Assembly: GCA_946407065.1 (NCBI GenBank)
Contig: CAMJMQ010000015.1
Coordinates: forward strand, 708-64,707
DNA from: an uncultured Clostridia bacterium
Lineage (GTDB): Bacteria > Bacillota > Clostridia > Oscillospirales > Acutalibacteraceae
Length of the DNA: 64,000 nucleotides
Reading direction: 5' to 3'
Both the position numbers and the translations under genes were made by a program. The notes under the pieces are model-generated. The model did no database searches. It was not told where the DNA came from and saw nothing but the letters and a program-made list of their open reading frames with translations. Below, in pieces: positions 1 through 10,424 of this stretch (the first letter of the stretch is position 1; each line of letters begins with the position of its first letter).

Positions 1-242
1 ATCTTAGAGCGATCGCCTGTCTTGATGTACTCGGCGATCGCGGGAGCGTCGCTCTCGGATACCTTTACCAACCTCGTGAGCTTATCTTCATCATAGATAT
101 CCACGATCGGCTCAAGATAACACATACCGATACAGCCTGTAATGGAGATCGGGGCTTCGACATTCTGAGAGAGAAGCGCTTTTCTTACTTTTTCCGCGCC
201 CGCGGCGATACCGCAGGAGCCCTGTCCGATGACTACTCTCAT
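1..242 (-). CDS. NuoF/HydB-like flavoprotein subunit, N-terminal part only (gene runs off the window start)
   Basis: Minus-strand ATG at 240-242 overlaps the stop of the upstream ORF (ATGA). My own translation is MRVVIGQGSCGIAAGAEKVRKALLSQNVEAPISITGCIGMCYLEPIVDIYDE. It looks like the thioredoxin-like 2Fe-2S N-domain found in front of NuoF-type hydrogenase/NADH dehydrogenase subunits. It is absent from the ORF track because it is open-ended. Confidence 0.45.
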   Translation of the reverse strand, partial: MRVVIGQGSCGIAAGAEKVRKALLSQNVEAPISITGCIGMCYLEPIVDIYDEDKLTRLVKVSESDAPAIAEYIKTGDRSK

Positions 243-715
243 ACTGCCGCCTCCCTTAATTCTTTCAGAATCTTCTTAGTCTTGTCGGGGGTGAGACTGC
301 CGTAGGTATCCTCGTTGATCATCATGACGGGCGAGAGCGAACAACAACCCAGACACGCCACGCATTTGAGGGAGAACAAGCCGTCCTCGGTGGTCTGACC
401 GTCCTCGATATGCAGTTCATCCTTGATCGTCTGCAAAATGAGCTCAGAGCTGTTGACGTGGCACGCCGTGCCCTGACACAGCATGATCAGATACTTGCCG
501 ACAGGCTCAAAGCGGAACTGCGTGTAGAACGTGCCCACGCCCATGATCTCGCTTGTCGCGATCCCTGTCCTCTCAGAGATGCGCTCGATCGCCTCCTTCG
601 GCAGGTAGCCATAAATGTCCTGCGTGTGCTGTAAGATGGTGATAAGACTGCCTTTGACGGAGGCGTATTCGTCGAGTACGCCGTCGAGCAGTGATAAGTC
701 AATACAATTATCCAT
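239..715 (-). CDS. NuoE/HydC-like thioredoxin-like [2Fe-2S] ferredoxin subunit
   Basis: 158 aa. Cys pattern LCQGTACH ... CVACLGCCSLSPV is typical of the NuoE/24-kDa subunit family. Translationally coupled to the following NuoF-like gene. Confidence 0.8.
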   Translation of the reverse strand: MDNCIDLSLLDGVLDEYASVKGSLITILQHTQDIYGYLPKEAIERISERTGIATSEIMGVGTFYTQFRFEPVGKYLIMLCQGTACHVNSSELILQTIKDELHIEDGQTTEDGLFSLKCVACLGCCSLSPVMMINEDTYGSLTPDKTKKILKELREAAV

Positions 716-863
716 ATTTTTCCTCCAATCGCTGAAAAGCCACCTGAAATATGGGTCTTCACAGCGAAAGATCCATACATTTTTCTTCTTGCTATTTACA
801 GGAAAAGCGCACTCTCACTTTTTTGGAGAGCGCGCTATTGATATTGTGAGTAAAGGGCTTCTA

Positions 864-2340
<1,477 letters not shown>

Positions 2341-2441
2341 GCGATAGAACGAATTTTAACAAAACTTACTAATTGATTTTGCAGGATTGCCTTTCTTTTC
2401 TTGCAAAATGTGAAAAGTTCGGGCTCGCTCAAAATGAGGGA

Positions 2442-2540
2442 TTGACATAAAAAAATAATTATGTTAAAGTGATAGCGGAACAAAGGCGTTCATTTGAGGC
2501 AGTATTTTGCACTGCTCCAAATGGCGCTTTTTTATTTTTT
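2442..2540 (+). promoter_or_regulatory. Promoter plus first hexaloop/terminator module of the glnA-1 leader
   Basis: TTGACA 2442-2447, 17 nt, TAAAGT 2465-2470. GAAC-AAAGGC-GUUC at 2478-2491. An overlapping long hairpin ends in CUUUUUUAUUUUUU. Confidence 0.65.
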
Positions 2541-2542
2541 AT

Positions 2543-2592
2543 GGTCATTGCGAGGGCTCGACACGCGTGTCAGCCCGTGGCAATCTCAACCG
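2543..2592. repeat. Palindromic intergenic repeat, family 1, copy A
   Basis: GGTCATTGCGAGGGCTCGACACGCGTGTCAGCCCGTGGCAATCTCAACCG. It shares both termini (GGTCATTGCGA / GTGGCAATCTCAACCG) with the copies at 9478, 12520 and 22561. Confidence 0.75.
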
Positions 2593-2602
2593 ATTATGTT
2601 AT

Positions 2603-2657
2603 GAACAATGGCGTTCATTTAGGATTCTACGTCCTAAGTGTCGCCTTTTTTATTTTG
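2603..2657 (+). promoter_or_regulatory. Second hexaloop/terminator module of the glnA-1 leader
   Basis: GAAC-AAUGGC-GUUC at 2603-2616, then hairpin GGCGUUCAUUUAGGA...UCCUAAGUGUCGCC plus U6AUUUU. It is a direct repeat of the module at 2478. Confidence 0.6.
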
Positions 2658-2688
2658 TCAGTATCTCTAACACAAGGAGTGCGGTAAT

Positions 2689-3900
2689 ATGAATCATACA
2701 GAACAAGAGCTGATGAAGCAGATCGAAGAAGAGGACGTCAAGTTCATTCGTCTATCCTTCTGCGATATTTACGGCGTTCAAAAGAATATCTCTATCCAGC
2801 GCAGTGAGTTGCCCAGAGCGTTTGAGAAAGGGATCGGGATCGACGCTTCCTACATCAACGGCTTTGGCGGTGATTACGGCAAGGATATCTGGCTTCATCC
2901 CGAAACCGACACGATCACGGTTTTGCCGTGGCGGCCTGAGCACGGCAAGGTCGTTAGGATGTTCTGCACGCTGACCTATGAGGATGGCACTCCTGTCGAG
3001 ACCGACACTCGCGCTCTGCTGAAGAACGCGGTCAAATATGCGCAGTCAAAGGGATATCGCTTCCACTTTAAGTCTGAATTACAGTTCTATCTGTTCAAGA
3101 TGGACGCCGACGGCGAGAACACCGGCGTTCCCTATGACAGCGCAAGCTATATGGATATCGCGCCTCTGGATAAGGGTGAGAATGTTCGCCGTGAGGTCTG
3201 CCTGACGCTTGAGCAAATGGGGATCGACCCCGAGAGTTCTCACCATGAAGCAGGACCCGGACAGAACGAGATCGACTTCCGCTATGCCGATCCGATCACA
3301 GCCGCGGATAATACCGTGACCTTCTTGAGCGTCGTGCGCACCATAGCGGCACGCAACGGCTTGTACGCGGACTTCTCACCCAAGCCGATCAAGGATAAAA
3401 CGGGCTCGGCGCTGCATATCTCTGTATCTACCAAAGCAAAGACGGGTGAGGATGTGACCGACGCCTCGATCGCGGGTATCCTGCATAACATTGCGGGTAT
3501 GACGGTATTCCTCAACCCGAAGGCAGAGTCCTTTGAGCGCTTCGGCAAGCATAAGGCGCCGAAGTATATCACTTGGTCACAGACGAACCGCTCGCAGCTT
3601 ATCTTCGCACGTTACACCGAAAACGGGAATCGCTGTGCCCAACTGCGTTCACCCGACCCTGAGGCGAATCCGTATCTGGCATACGCGCTGATGATCTACG
3701 CGATCATGGACGGTATCGAAAACAACAGGGCGTTGCCGCAACCCACAGATGAAAGTGTTGTACAGTTCGTGAGCACCGATACGGCAGAGCCGCAAAAGCT
3801 GCCCGACAGCTTGGCGAAGGCGCGTATCGAAGCGACCAATTCACCCCTTGTACAGCAGTTCATTTCCTCGGCGATCACAAGGATTTACTGTGCCGAATAG
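2689..3900 (+). CDS. glnA: Glutamine synthetase family protein (short, 403 aa, GS-I-like), paralog 1
   Basis: AAGGAG RBS. Motifs FCDIYGVQKN, HHEAGPGQNEIDF and NPYLAYALM are typical of the GS catalytic domain. Confidence 0.85.
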   Translation: MNHTEQELMKQIEEEDVKFIRLSFCDIYGVQKNISIQRSELPRAFEKGIGIDASYINGFGGDYGKDIWLHPETDTITVLPWRPEHGKVVRMFCTLTYEDGTPVETDTRALLKNAVKYAQSKGYRFHFKSELQFYLFKMDADGENTGVPYDSASYMDIAPLDKGENVRREVCLTLEQMGIDPESSHHEAGPGQNEIDFRYADPITAADNTVTFLSVVRTIAARNGLYADFSPKPIKDKTGSALHISVSTKAKTGEDVTDASIAGILHNIAGMTVFLNPKAESFERFGKHKAPKYITWSQTNRSQLIFARYTENGNRCAQLRSPDPEANPYLAYALMIYAIMDGIENNRALPQPTDESVVQFVSTDTAEPQKLPDSLAKARIEATNSPLVQQFISSAITRIYCAE

Positions 3901-3940
3901 CGGAACTTCACACTAATGACAAAAGAAAGGAGAGCGCACT

Positions 3941-4522
3941 TTGGAATTGACAGAGCATCGGTACAGAATGCTGATTGTGTCCTCAGACGACAGATTCAGC
4001 AAAGACGTCAGCACTCTCCTGCAGGGCGATCAATTTCAGCAGGACTGCTCTCGCAGCGCGTCGGACGCACGCTGTAAGCTGCTTGAAAACCAATACGATT
4101 TTGTGATCGTCAACGCGCCCCTGAGAGATGAGTTCGGCTCTCGTCTGTGTATCGACATCAGCCGCAACAACGGGACTATCGCCGCGATCTTTGCGGCGAA
4201 CGATACCTATGACGAGATCTACGCGAAGGTATCTGTCCACGGCGTTTTCGTGCTCCATAAGCCGACTTCAAAAACACTGGTCTCTCAGGCGGTGTCCCTG
4301 ATGGTCTGCGCCAGAGAACGCCTGCGTTCCCTTGAGAAGAAGGTCGGCAATACCGAGAGCAAGCTCGACGAGATCCGCATCGTCAATAAGGCGAAGTGGC
4401 TGTTGATCGATCAGGAGGGATTGAGTGAAGCCGACGCGCATAAATATATCGAGAAGTCTGCCATGGACTCAGGTATCACCAAACGGCTTGCAGCTCAATT
4501 GATCATTGACAAATATCTGTAA
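3941..4522 (+). CDS. ANTAR domain RNA-binding antiterminator with receiver-like N-domain (NitR/AmiR-like), paralog 1
   Basis: TTG start behind AAAGGAGAG. The C-terminus IRIVNKAKWLLIDQEGLSEADAHKYIEKSAMDSGITKRLAAQLII matches the ANTAR helix pattern. The receiver-like part reads YDFVIVNAPLRDEFG, where Asn appears to sit at the usual phospho-acceptor Asp position. Confidence 0.8.
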   Translation: MELTEHRYRMLIVSSDDRFSKDVSTLLQGDQFQQDCSRSASDARCKLLENQYDFVIVNAPLRDEFGSRLCIDISRNNGTIAAIFAANDTYDEIYAKVSVHGVFVLHKPTSKTLVSQAVSLMVCARERLRSLEKKVGNTESKLDEIRIVNKAKWLLIDQEGLSEADAHKYIEKSAMDSGITKRLAAQLIIDKYL

Positions 4523-4612
4523 ATGACGTATTTTCTTAACAGGGAATGCGTCTTTGTCTTTTTCGGACAGATGAAGATTTGATTGACATTTTATTTGTAA
4601 AGGAGAACGCTT

Positions 4613-6439
4613 ATGTGCGGAATAGTAGGCTATGTCGGACCGCGCGACTGTACAGACGTGCTGGTATCGGCTCTGACAAAACTGGAATATCGCGGATATG
4701 ATTCCGCAGGCATCGCCGTGTTTGAAAACGGCAGGATCGAAGTCGCCAAAACCAAGGGCAGACTGGCTGATCTGACTCAAAAGATGGAGAAGGAGGGCAA
4801 GCCGCAGGGTCACGCAGGCATCGGTCATACCCGCTGGGCGACCCACGGCGAGCCGAGCGACGTCAACTCTCACCCACATTCGGGACGCAGGGTCACCATC
4901 GTCCACAACGGTATCATTGAGAATTACAAACAGCTCAAGCAATTTTTGATCGAGAATGAACGCGACGAGTTCCTCTCCGATACCGATACCGAGGTCGTGG
5001 CGCAGCTGCTCGACTTCTACTATGACGGCGATCCTATCCGCTGTATCCGCAAGACGCTCCATGAGCTGCGCGGTTCCTTTGCGCTGGGGATCGTTTTCGC
5101 CGACCGTCCCGAGACCGTTTACGCGGTGCGGTGCGAGAGCCCGCTGATCGTCGGTCAGGGTCAGGACGAGGTGTTCATCGCCTCCGACGTACCCGCCATC
5201 ATCAAATATACCAAGAACTACTATCTGCTTGAACAGGGCGAGATCGCCATTTTGAAAGACGGCAGCGCGGAGTTTCGCTCCCTGCACGGCAGACTGCTCA
5301 AAAAGGAATTGCTCTTCGCCGACTGGGACGAGGACAGCGCCGAGAAGGGCGGCTATCCCCACTATATGCTCAAGGAGATCCACGAGCAGCCCACGGCTGT
5401 CAAAACGACGATCACGCCGCGCATCGAGGACGGTCTGCCGAACCTATCCGAGTGCGGTATCATCTTCGGAACGCTGAGAAATCTGAAAAACATCTTCATC
5501 GTTGCCTGCGGTACCGCCATGCACGCGGGTATGGTCGGCAAGTATGTCATCGAAAAGCTCGCGCGCGTCTCTGTGACGGTCGATATCGCCTCTGAGTTCC
5601 GCTATCGCGATCCGCTGTTGACGCACGACGATTTGATCATCATTATCAGCCAGAGCGGCGAGACCGCCGACAGCAAGGCGGTACTGAGCCTTGCCAAGTC
5701 ACGCGGCGCCAAGACGCTCGCGATCGTCAACGTCAAGGGCAGCTCCATCGCCAGAGAAGCCGACATGGTCATTTACACCCATGCGGGTCCCGAGATCGCG
5801 GTCGCTTCCACCAAAGCATATATGGTTCAGCTCGCGGTCATGTATCTGTTCGCCTTTGAAACGGCTCTCGCCAAGGGCAAGCTTGAAGAGAAGGAATGCC
5901 GCAGACTGACTGCCGAGCTCCTCAAAATGCCCGACGTTATCGAGAAAACGATCAACAAGGTCGTGGATATGTGCCAGTATGTTTCCACCAAGCTGATCAC
6001 CGCCGACAGCCTACTGTATATCGGCAGAGGACTTGACTATGCGCTCTCGATGGAAGGCTCCTTAAAGCTCAAGGAGATCAGCTATATCCATTCCGAAAGC
6101 TACGCCGCGGGTGAGCTCAAGCACGGCACGATCTCGCTGATCACGGAGGGTATGCCCGTGATCGCTGTCGCGACCCAGAACACCCTGCTTGAAAAAACCG
6201 TCAGCAACATCAAGGAAGTCAAGGCGCGCGGCGCGATGACGATCGTGATCTGTGACGAGGAAGCGGATATCGACGCGGACGCGGTCGATTACATGATCCG
6301 TATTCCGAAGATCAACGAGACCTTGATGCCGATGGTCGCGACGGTGCCCATGCAGCTCCTCGCCTACTATACCTCGGTCAACAAGGGCAACGACGTCGAT
6401 AAACCCCGCAACCTCGCCAAATCCGTAACGGTTGAGTGA
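4613..6439 (+). CDS. glmS: Glutamine--fructose-6-phosphate aminotransferase
   Basis: MCGIVGY N-terminal Cys, two SIS domains, C-terminal KSVTVE. 608 aa. Confidence 0.97.
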   Translation: MCGIVGYVGPRDCTDVLVSALTKLEYRGYDSAGIAVFENGRIEVAKTKGRLADLTQKMEKEGKPQGHAGIGHTRWATHGEPSDVNSHPHSGRRVTIVHNGIIENYKQLKQFLIENERDEFLSDTDTEVVAQLLDFYYDGDPIRCIRKTLHELRGSFALGIVFADRPETVYAVRCESPLIVGQGQDEVFIASDVPAIIKYTKNYYLLEQGEIAILKDGSAEFRSLHGRLLKKELLFADWDEDSAEKGGYPHYMLKEIHEQPTAVKTTITPRIEDGLPNLSECGIIFGTLRNLKNIFIVACGTAMHAGMVGKYVIEKLARVSVTVDIASEFRYRDPLLTHDDLIIIISQSGETADSKAVLSLAKSRGAKTLAIVNVKGSSIAREADMVIYTHAGPEIAVASTKAYMVQLAVMYLFAFETALAKGKLEEKECRRLTAELLKMPDVIEKTINKVVDMCQYVSTKLITADSLLYIGRGLDYALSMEGSLKLKEISYIHSESYAAGELKHGTISLITEGMPVIAVATQNTLLEKTVSNIKEVKARGAMTIVICDEEADIDADAVDYMIRIPKINETLMPMVATVPMQLLAYYTSVNKGNDVDKPRNLAKSVTVE

Positions 6440-6444
6440 TCATC

Positions 6445-6468
6445 AGCCTTCCCCTCGGGGGGAAGGCT
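6445..6468 (+). terminator. Hairpin directly after glmS
   Basis: AGCCTTCCCC-TC-GGGGGGAAGGCT lies 6 nt after the stop. There is no strong U tract. Confidence 0.45.
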
Positions 6469-6754
6469 CTCAATATCCGTTCCACACGCTATAAAGAAAG
6501 CAGTTACATCACAGAGAAACAGATAAAGGCGCACGCGCCCGAGGGGAAGGCTTTTTGTTTCATAAAAATACAGACCCCGAAAAAATCGGAGCCTGCAAAC
6601 CAAAGGGGAGTGTGTGCAATTTTCTTTTGGCAATAAATATTGTTGATGAAGTATATATTGTTTGAAGAAATCTCCCCTAAAGTCCGTGTTGATCCTGATC
6701 TGCGGTGACAGATCAGGATAACGAAAAAAGAAGGGTTTTGGGATTCCAAAATAG

Positions 6755-6842
6755 CAAAAAAGACGCCTTGAACCCCTTGGGGGATTCAAGACGCCTTTGT
6801 CTTTACTGTCTGCATTATACGCTGAGATAGACCAATTGTCAA
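6755..6842 (-). promoter_or_regulatory. Orphan promoter plus hexaloop/terminator module with no ORF behind it (putative small or antisense RNA start)
   Basis: Minus-strand reading is TTGACA(6837-6842)-17 nt-TATAAT(6814-6819), then AAGAC-AAAGGC-GUCUU (6788-6803). Hairpin GGCGUCUUGAAUCCCC..GGGGUUCAAGGCGUC plus U6 follows. The roughly 310 nt downstream contain no convincing CDS and run into the glmS 3' end. Confidence 0.6.
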
Positions 6843-6884
6843 GTCTTTTTATAAAAATATTTTAACGCTTTGATGTGCTAAAGA

Positions 6885-6913
6885 TTGACACGGCACCTCG
6901 ATAATGTTATGAT
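6885..6913 (+). promoter_or_regulatory. Sigma-A-type promoter of glnA-2
   Basis: TTGACA 6885-6890, 17-nt spacer, TATGAT 6908-6913, about 35 nt before the GTG start. No hexaloop module lies between promoter and start. Confidence 0.6.
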
Positions 6914-6948
6914 ACACACAGAGCGATTCGATTAAAGAGGGTGTCACC

Positions 6949-8157
6949 GTGACAACGGAAGAAAACCAGATCATGCAGTATATCGAGGAAGAGGACGTTA
7001 AGTTCATCCGCCTTGCTTTCTGCGATATTTTCGGCGTACAAAAGAATATCTCCGTCCAGCCCACTGAGCTCCACAGAGCGTTCGAAAAGGGCTATCCGAT
7101 CGACGCTTCTTATGTATCGGGCTTCGGCGGCGATTACGGAGTAGACGTTTGGCTCCATCCCGAAGCGGATACCGTCTCCGTCCTCCCGTGGCGGCCCGAG
7201 CACGGCAAGGTGATCCGTATGTTCTGCTCACTTTGCTATGCCGACGGAAAACCGATCGAGGCGGATACGCGCTCTTTGCTGCGCGGCGCCGTGGAATATG
7301 CCCGTCAAAAGGGCTATCGCTTCCACTTTAAGTCCGAGATGCAGTTCTATCTCTTCAAGACGGATGATAACGGCAACCGCACCTATACGCCCTACGATCA
7401 CGCGGGCTATATGGATATCGCGCCGCTCGATAAGGGCGAGAACATCCGCCGCGAGGTATGTCTGACGCTGGAGCAGATGGGGATCATGCCCGAAAGCTCT
7501 CACCATGAGGCGGGACCCGGTCAGAATGAGATCGACTTCAAGTATGCTCACGCCCTGCCCTCAGCCGATAATACAAGCACGTTTATCTCCGTCGTTCGCA
7601 CGATCGCCGCGCGCAACGGTCTGTATGCCGATTTTTCGCCGAAGCCGATCTCCGATAAGCCCGGCTCGGCGCTCCATATCCGCATGTCGGTCAAAGCAAA
7701 GACCGGTGAGGAGGTCACCGATCGCGCCATCGCCGGCATCCTGAAAAACATCGCGGCTATGACGATCTTCCTCAATCCGACCGAAAAATCCTTCAAGCGC
7801 TTCAACAAGATGAAAGCGCCGAAGTACATCACCTGGTCGGACAAAAACCGCGCTCAGCTGATTTTTGCGACCCGTACCGAGAGCGGCGGCAGATGCTTAC
7901 AGCTTCGCTCACCCGACCCCAACGCCAACCCGTATTTGGCGTTCGCGCTGATGATCTATGCGGCGGTCGACGGCATTGAGAACAACGATCCCCTTCCGCC
8001 TTCTACCGATACACAGCAGCAATACCTGTCCTCGTCGGAACAAAACGCAGCGGAGCTTCTGCCCGATACCCTTGTCAGGGCACAAAGTGCCGCTTTAAAC
8101 AGCGACTTCATCAAGCGGTTCATTCCCGAAAGCATCATCAAAGCCTATTGTAGCTGA
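6949..8157 (+). CDS. glnA: Glutamine synthetase family protein (short, 402 aa), paralog 2
   Basis: GTG start behind AAGAGGG. Collinear with and highly similar to the 2689-3900 product (same FCDIFGVQKN, HHEAGPGQNEIDF, NPYLAFALM motifs). Confidence 0.85.
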   Translation: MTTEENQIMQYIEEEDVKFIRLAFCDIFGVQKNISVQPTELHRAFEKGYPIDASYVSGFGGDYGVDVWLHPEADTVSVLPWRPEHGKVIRMFCSLCYADGKPIEADTRSLLRGAVEYARQKGYRFHFKSEMQFYLFKTDDNGNRTYTPYDHAGYMDIAPLDKGENIRREVCLTLEQMGIMPESSHHEAGPGQNEIDFKYAHALPSADNTSTFISVVRTIAARNGLYADFSPKPISDKPGSALHIRMSVKAKTGEEVTDRAIAGILKNIAAMTIFLNPTEKSFKRFNKMKAPKYITWSDKNRAQLIFATRTESGGRCLQLRSPDPNANPYLAFALMIYAAVDGIENNDPLPPSTDTQQQYLSSSEQNAAELLPDTLVRAQSAALNSDFIKRFIPESIIKAYCS

Positions 8158-8165
8158 TATAACAA

Positions 8166-8193
8166 AAGGCAGTCTGTTCAAACAGGCTGCCTT
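8166..8193. terminator. Bidirectional terminator between glnA-2 and dapL
   Basis: AAGGCAGTCTGTT-CA-AACAGGCTGCCTT flanked by A-run and T-run. A second hairpin (ATCCGCCCCC...GGGGGCGGAT) lies at 8228-8257. Confidence 0.6.
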
Positions 8194-8280
8194 ATTTATG
8201 TCTTCTGACATGTCGCTCATAACTTTATCCGCCCCCATCTGACGAGGGGGCGGGATAGGTTTTTACAGGTTGCCTTCATT

Positions 8281-9459
8281 TTATCTCAATATCTTTTTGA
8301 TCCTCTCTATCGCTTCTATCGTATTCTCTCTGTCGCCGAAGGACGTCAGGCGGAAATAGCCCTCGCCCTGACTGCCAAAGCCCTCGCCGGGTGTTCCGAC
8401 CACCTGAGCGTTCTCGAGAAGATCATCAAAGAACTCCCAGCTCCCCATGCCCTTAGGACATTCGAGCCAGATATACGGCGAGTTTTTGCCGCCCGTATAG
8501 AATATCCCCAACTCGTCGAGCGCCTTGGAGATGATCCGGGCGTTCTCTTTATAGTAGGCAATATTGGCTTTGAATTCTTTCTGCCCTTCCTGTGAGAATA
8601 CGGCGGCCGCGGCACACTGCACGGGATAGGACACGCCGTTGAATTTGGTCGCCTGTCGGCGGTACCAAAGGGCATGGAGTTTGTGACCGTCGCGGGCAAG
8701 CTCCTTAGGGATCACCGTATAGCCGCAGCGCACGCCGGTAAAGCCCGCAGTCTTTGAAAGAGAGCAGAACTCGATTGCGCATGTTCTTGCCCCGTCGATC
8801 GCAAAGATCGAGCGCGGACAGTCGTCCTCGATAAACGCCTCATATGCCGCATCATAGAGAATGATCGCGTCATGCCCATTGGCATAGTCCACCCATGCCT
8901 TGAGCTGTTCGGCATCATACGCCGCGCCGGTGGGGTTGTTCGGAGAGCAAAGGTAGATGATATCCGCATGAACACTCTCGTCGGGCATCGGGAGAAAACG
9001 ATTTTCCCTTGTACCGGGTGCGTATATGATCTTTCTGCCTGCCATGATGTTTGCGTCAACATAGACAGGATAGACCGGATCGGGAACCATCACGACGTTA
9101 TCGGTGCCGAAAATATCGCCGATATTGCCTGTGTCGGACTTTGCGCCGTCGCTGATAAAGACTTCATCCGCTCTGACTGTTACTCCAAAGCCCGCGTAAT
9201 ACTTTGCGACCGCCTCACGTACAAAATTATAGCCCTCATACTCGGGATAGCCCTTGAAGGTCTCTTTGAGGCTCAGCTCTCCCGCGCCGACCTTCATCGC
9301 CTGTACGGCAGTGCGCGGCAGAGGGAGCGTCACGTCGCCGATACCGAGTCGGATGAGCTTTTGGTCGGGGTGAGCGGCGGCATACGCCGCAGTCCTCTTC
9401 GCTATCTCGGCGAAGAGATAGTTCGGTACTAAGTTATCAAAATTTCGATTGATTTTCAT
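8281..9459 (-). CDS. dapL: LL-diaminopimelate aminotransferase
   Basis: 392 aa. N-terminus MKINRNFDNLVPNYLFAEI and the class I aminotransferase core (SLSKTAGFTGVRCGY) are typical of DapL. Confidence 0.85.
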   Translation of the reverse strand: MKINRNFDNLVPNYLFAEIAKRTAAYAAAHPDQKLIRLGIGDVTLPLPRTAVQAMKVGAGELSLKETFKGYPEYEGYNFVREAVAKYYAGFGVTVRADEVFISDGAKSDTGNIGDIFGTDNVVMVPDPVYPVYVDANIMAGRKIIYAPGTRENRFLPMPDESVHADIIYLCSPNNPTGAAYDAEQLKAWVDYANGHDAIILYDAAYEAFIEDDCPRSIFAIDGARTCAIEFCSLSKTAGFTGVRCGYTVIPKELARDGHKLHALWYRRQATKFNGVSYPVQCAAAAVFSQEGQKEFKANIAYYKENARIISKALDELGIFYTGGKNSPYIWLECPKGMGSWEFFDDLLENAQVVGTPGEGFGSQGEGYFRLTSFGDRENTIEAIERIKKILR

Positions 9460-9477
9460 GTTGTTTCCTTCCTTGAT

Positions 9478-9543
9478 CGGTTGAGATTGCAGTCTCGAAA
9501 TAAGGTTGAGATTGCCACAGCCCTAACGGGCTTCGCAATGACT
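9478..9543. repeat. Palindromic intergenic repeat, family 1, copy B (reverse orientation, with an extra partial terminus)
   Basis: CGGTTGAGATTGCAGTCTCGAAATAAGGTTGAGATTGCCACAGCCCTAACGGGCTTCGCAATGACT. It abuts the stop of the ANTAR-2 gene. Confidence 0.7.
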
Positions 9544-10126
9544 ATTTTAAGTATCGGTCGATCACGATCTGAGCCGCCTGTCGCTTGGTGATCCCTGCGT
9601 TCATCGCCTGTTTTTCGATATACTGATGCGCGTCGCTTTCGCTCATATCTTCGTTGTCGATCAAAAACCATTTTGCCTTGTTGACGATGCGGATCTCTTG
9701 GAGCTTGTCTTCGGCTTTGCCTGCCTTTTTCTGTACCGTCCTGAGCATTTCTCGCGCGGAGATCAGGAGTGATACGGCCTGCGTGATCGTTTGCTGAGAG
9801 GACGGCTTTCGAACGACGAAAACGCCGTGAGAGACCGTCCTTTGCATAATATCCTCGTACACATCCGATGACGCGAAAATCACCACAAGCGTGCCGATAT
9901 GCTCAGTCACATCGACGCATAGGCGCGAGCCGAACTCGTCTTTGAGCGGAGCGTTGACGATCACGAAGTCATAGCGTTTCTCCGTCAGGTTTCGCCTCGC
10001 CTCGCCCGCGTTCGTGACATGATCGGTATGAAAATTCCTTTGGCGCAGAAGGGAGCTTATCTCTTGCCTAAATCTTTCAGACGACGAGACCACCAGCGCT
10101 TGATAGCTGAGCTGTTCTAACGTCAT
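9542..10126 (-). CDS. ANTAR domain antiterminator with receiver-like N-domain, paralog 2
   Basis: Start trimmed to MTLEQLSYQALVV (ATG 10124-10126). Collinear with the 3941-4522 product, including YDFVIVNAPLKDEFGSRLC and IRIVNKAKWFLID. Confidence 0.8.
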   Translation of the reverse strand: MTLEQLSYQALVVSSSERFRQEISSLLRQRNFHTDHVTNAGEARRNLTEKRYDFVIVNAPLKDEFGSRLCVDVTEHIGTLVVIFASSDVYEDIMQRTVSHGVFVVRKPSSQQTITQAVSLLISAREMLRTVQKKAGKAEDKLQEIRIVNKAKWFLIDNEDMSESDAHQYIEKQAMNAGITKRQAAQIVIDRYLK

Positions 10127-10172
10127 ATTTCCCTTCACCCCTTTTATACCGTACACGGAAGTACGATCAACG

Positions 10173-10258
10173 TAAAAAGGCGCTATTCGGGAACAAGCTC
10201 CCAAATAAACGCCTTTGTTTATCGAGGCTATTATAGCATTATTCGCATATTATGTCAA
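10173..10258 (-). promoter_or_regulatory. Promoter plus hexaloop/terminator leader of the ANTAR-2 gene
   Basis: Minus-strand reading is TTGACA(10253-10258)-17 nt-TATAAT(10230-10235), then AUAAAC-AAAGGC-GUUUAU (10205-10222). AAAGGCG...CGCCUUUUU closes a competing hairpin. Confidence 0.65.
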
Positions 10259-10312
10259 TCGTTTAAAACGTCAAAGCGTTAAATTTTTTTGATAATTTTT
10301 TCACGATTACCC

Positions 10313-10405
10313 TTGACAAATCAAAATTCGCGTCGTATAATGCGTGCTGTAAAGACAAAGGCGTTTTGAACCTGTGTGGTTTGAAACGCCTTTGTCTATT
10401 TCTTT
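10313..10405 (+). promoter_or_regulatory. Promoter plus hexaloop/terminator leader of the type III GS gene
   Basis: TTGACA 10313-10318, 17 nt, TATAAT 10336-10341. AGAC-AAAGGC-GUUU from 10353. Long hairpin GACAAAGGCGUUUUGAACC-UGUG-UGGUUUGAAACGCCUUUGUC, then UAUUUCUUU. Confidence 0.7.
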
Positions 10406-10424
10406 ACGAAAAGGAGAAGGTATT

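Noticed and set aside
4523-4612. Possible glmS ribozyme upstream of glmS, as expected in many Firmicutes.
   Set aside because: The intergenic space is only about 90 nt and I could not recognise the conserved ribozyme core. It holds a small hairpin and an RBS. An Infernal scan would be decisive.
6504-6789. Minus-strand ORFs (81 and 140 aa) behind the orphan leader that could make it a normal gene leader.
   Set aside because: There is no RBS, the composition is implausible, and one ORF overlaps the glmS coding end. A 19-aa MKQKAFPSGACAFICFSVM peptide is possible but unsupported. The region is treated as non-coding.
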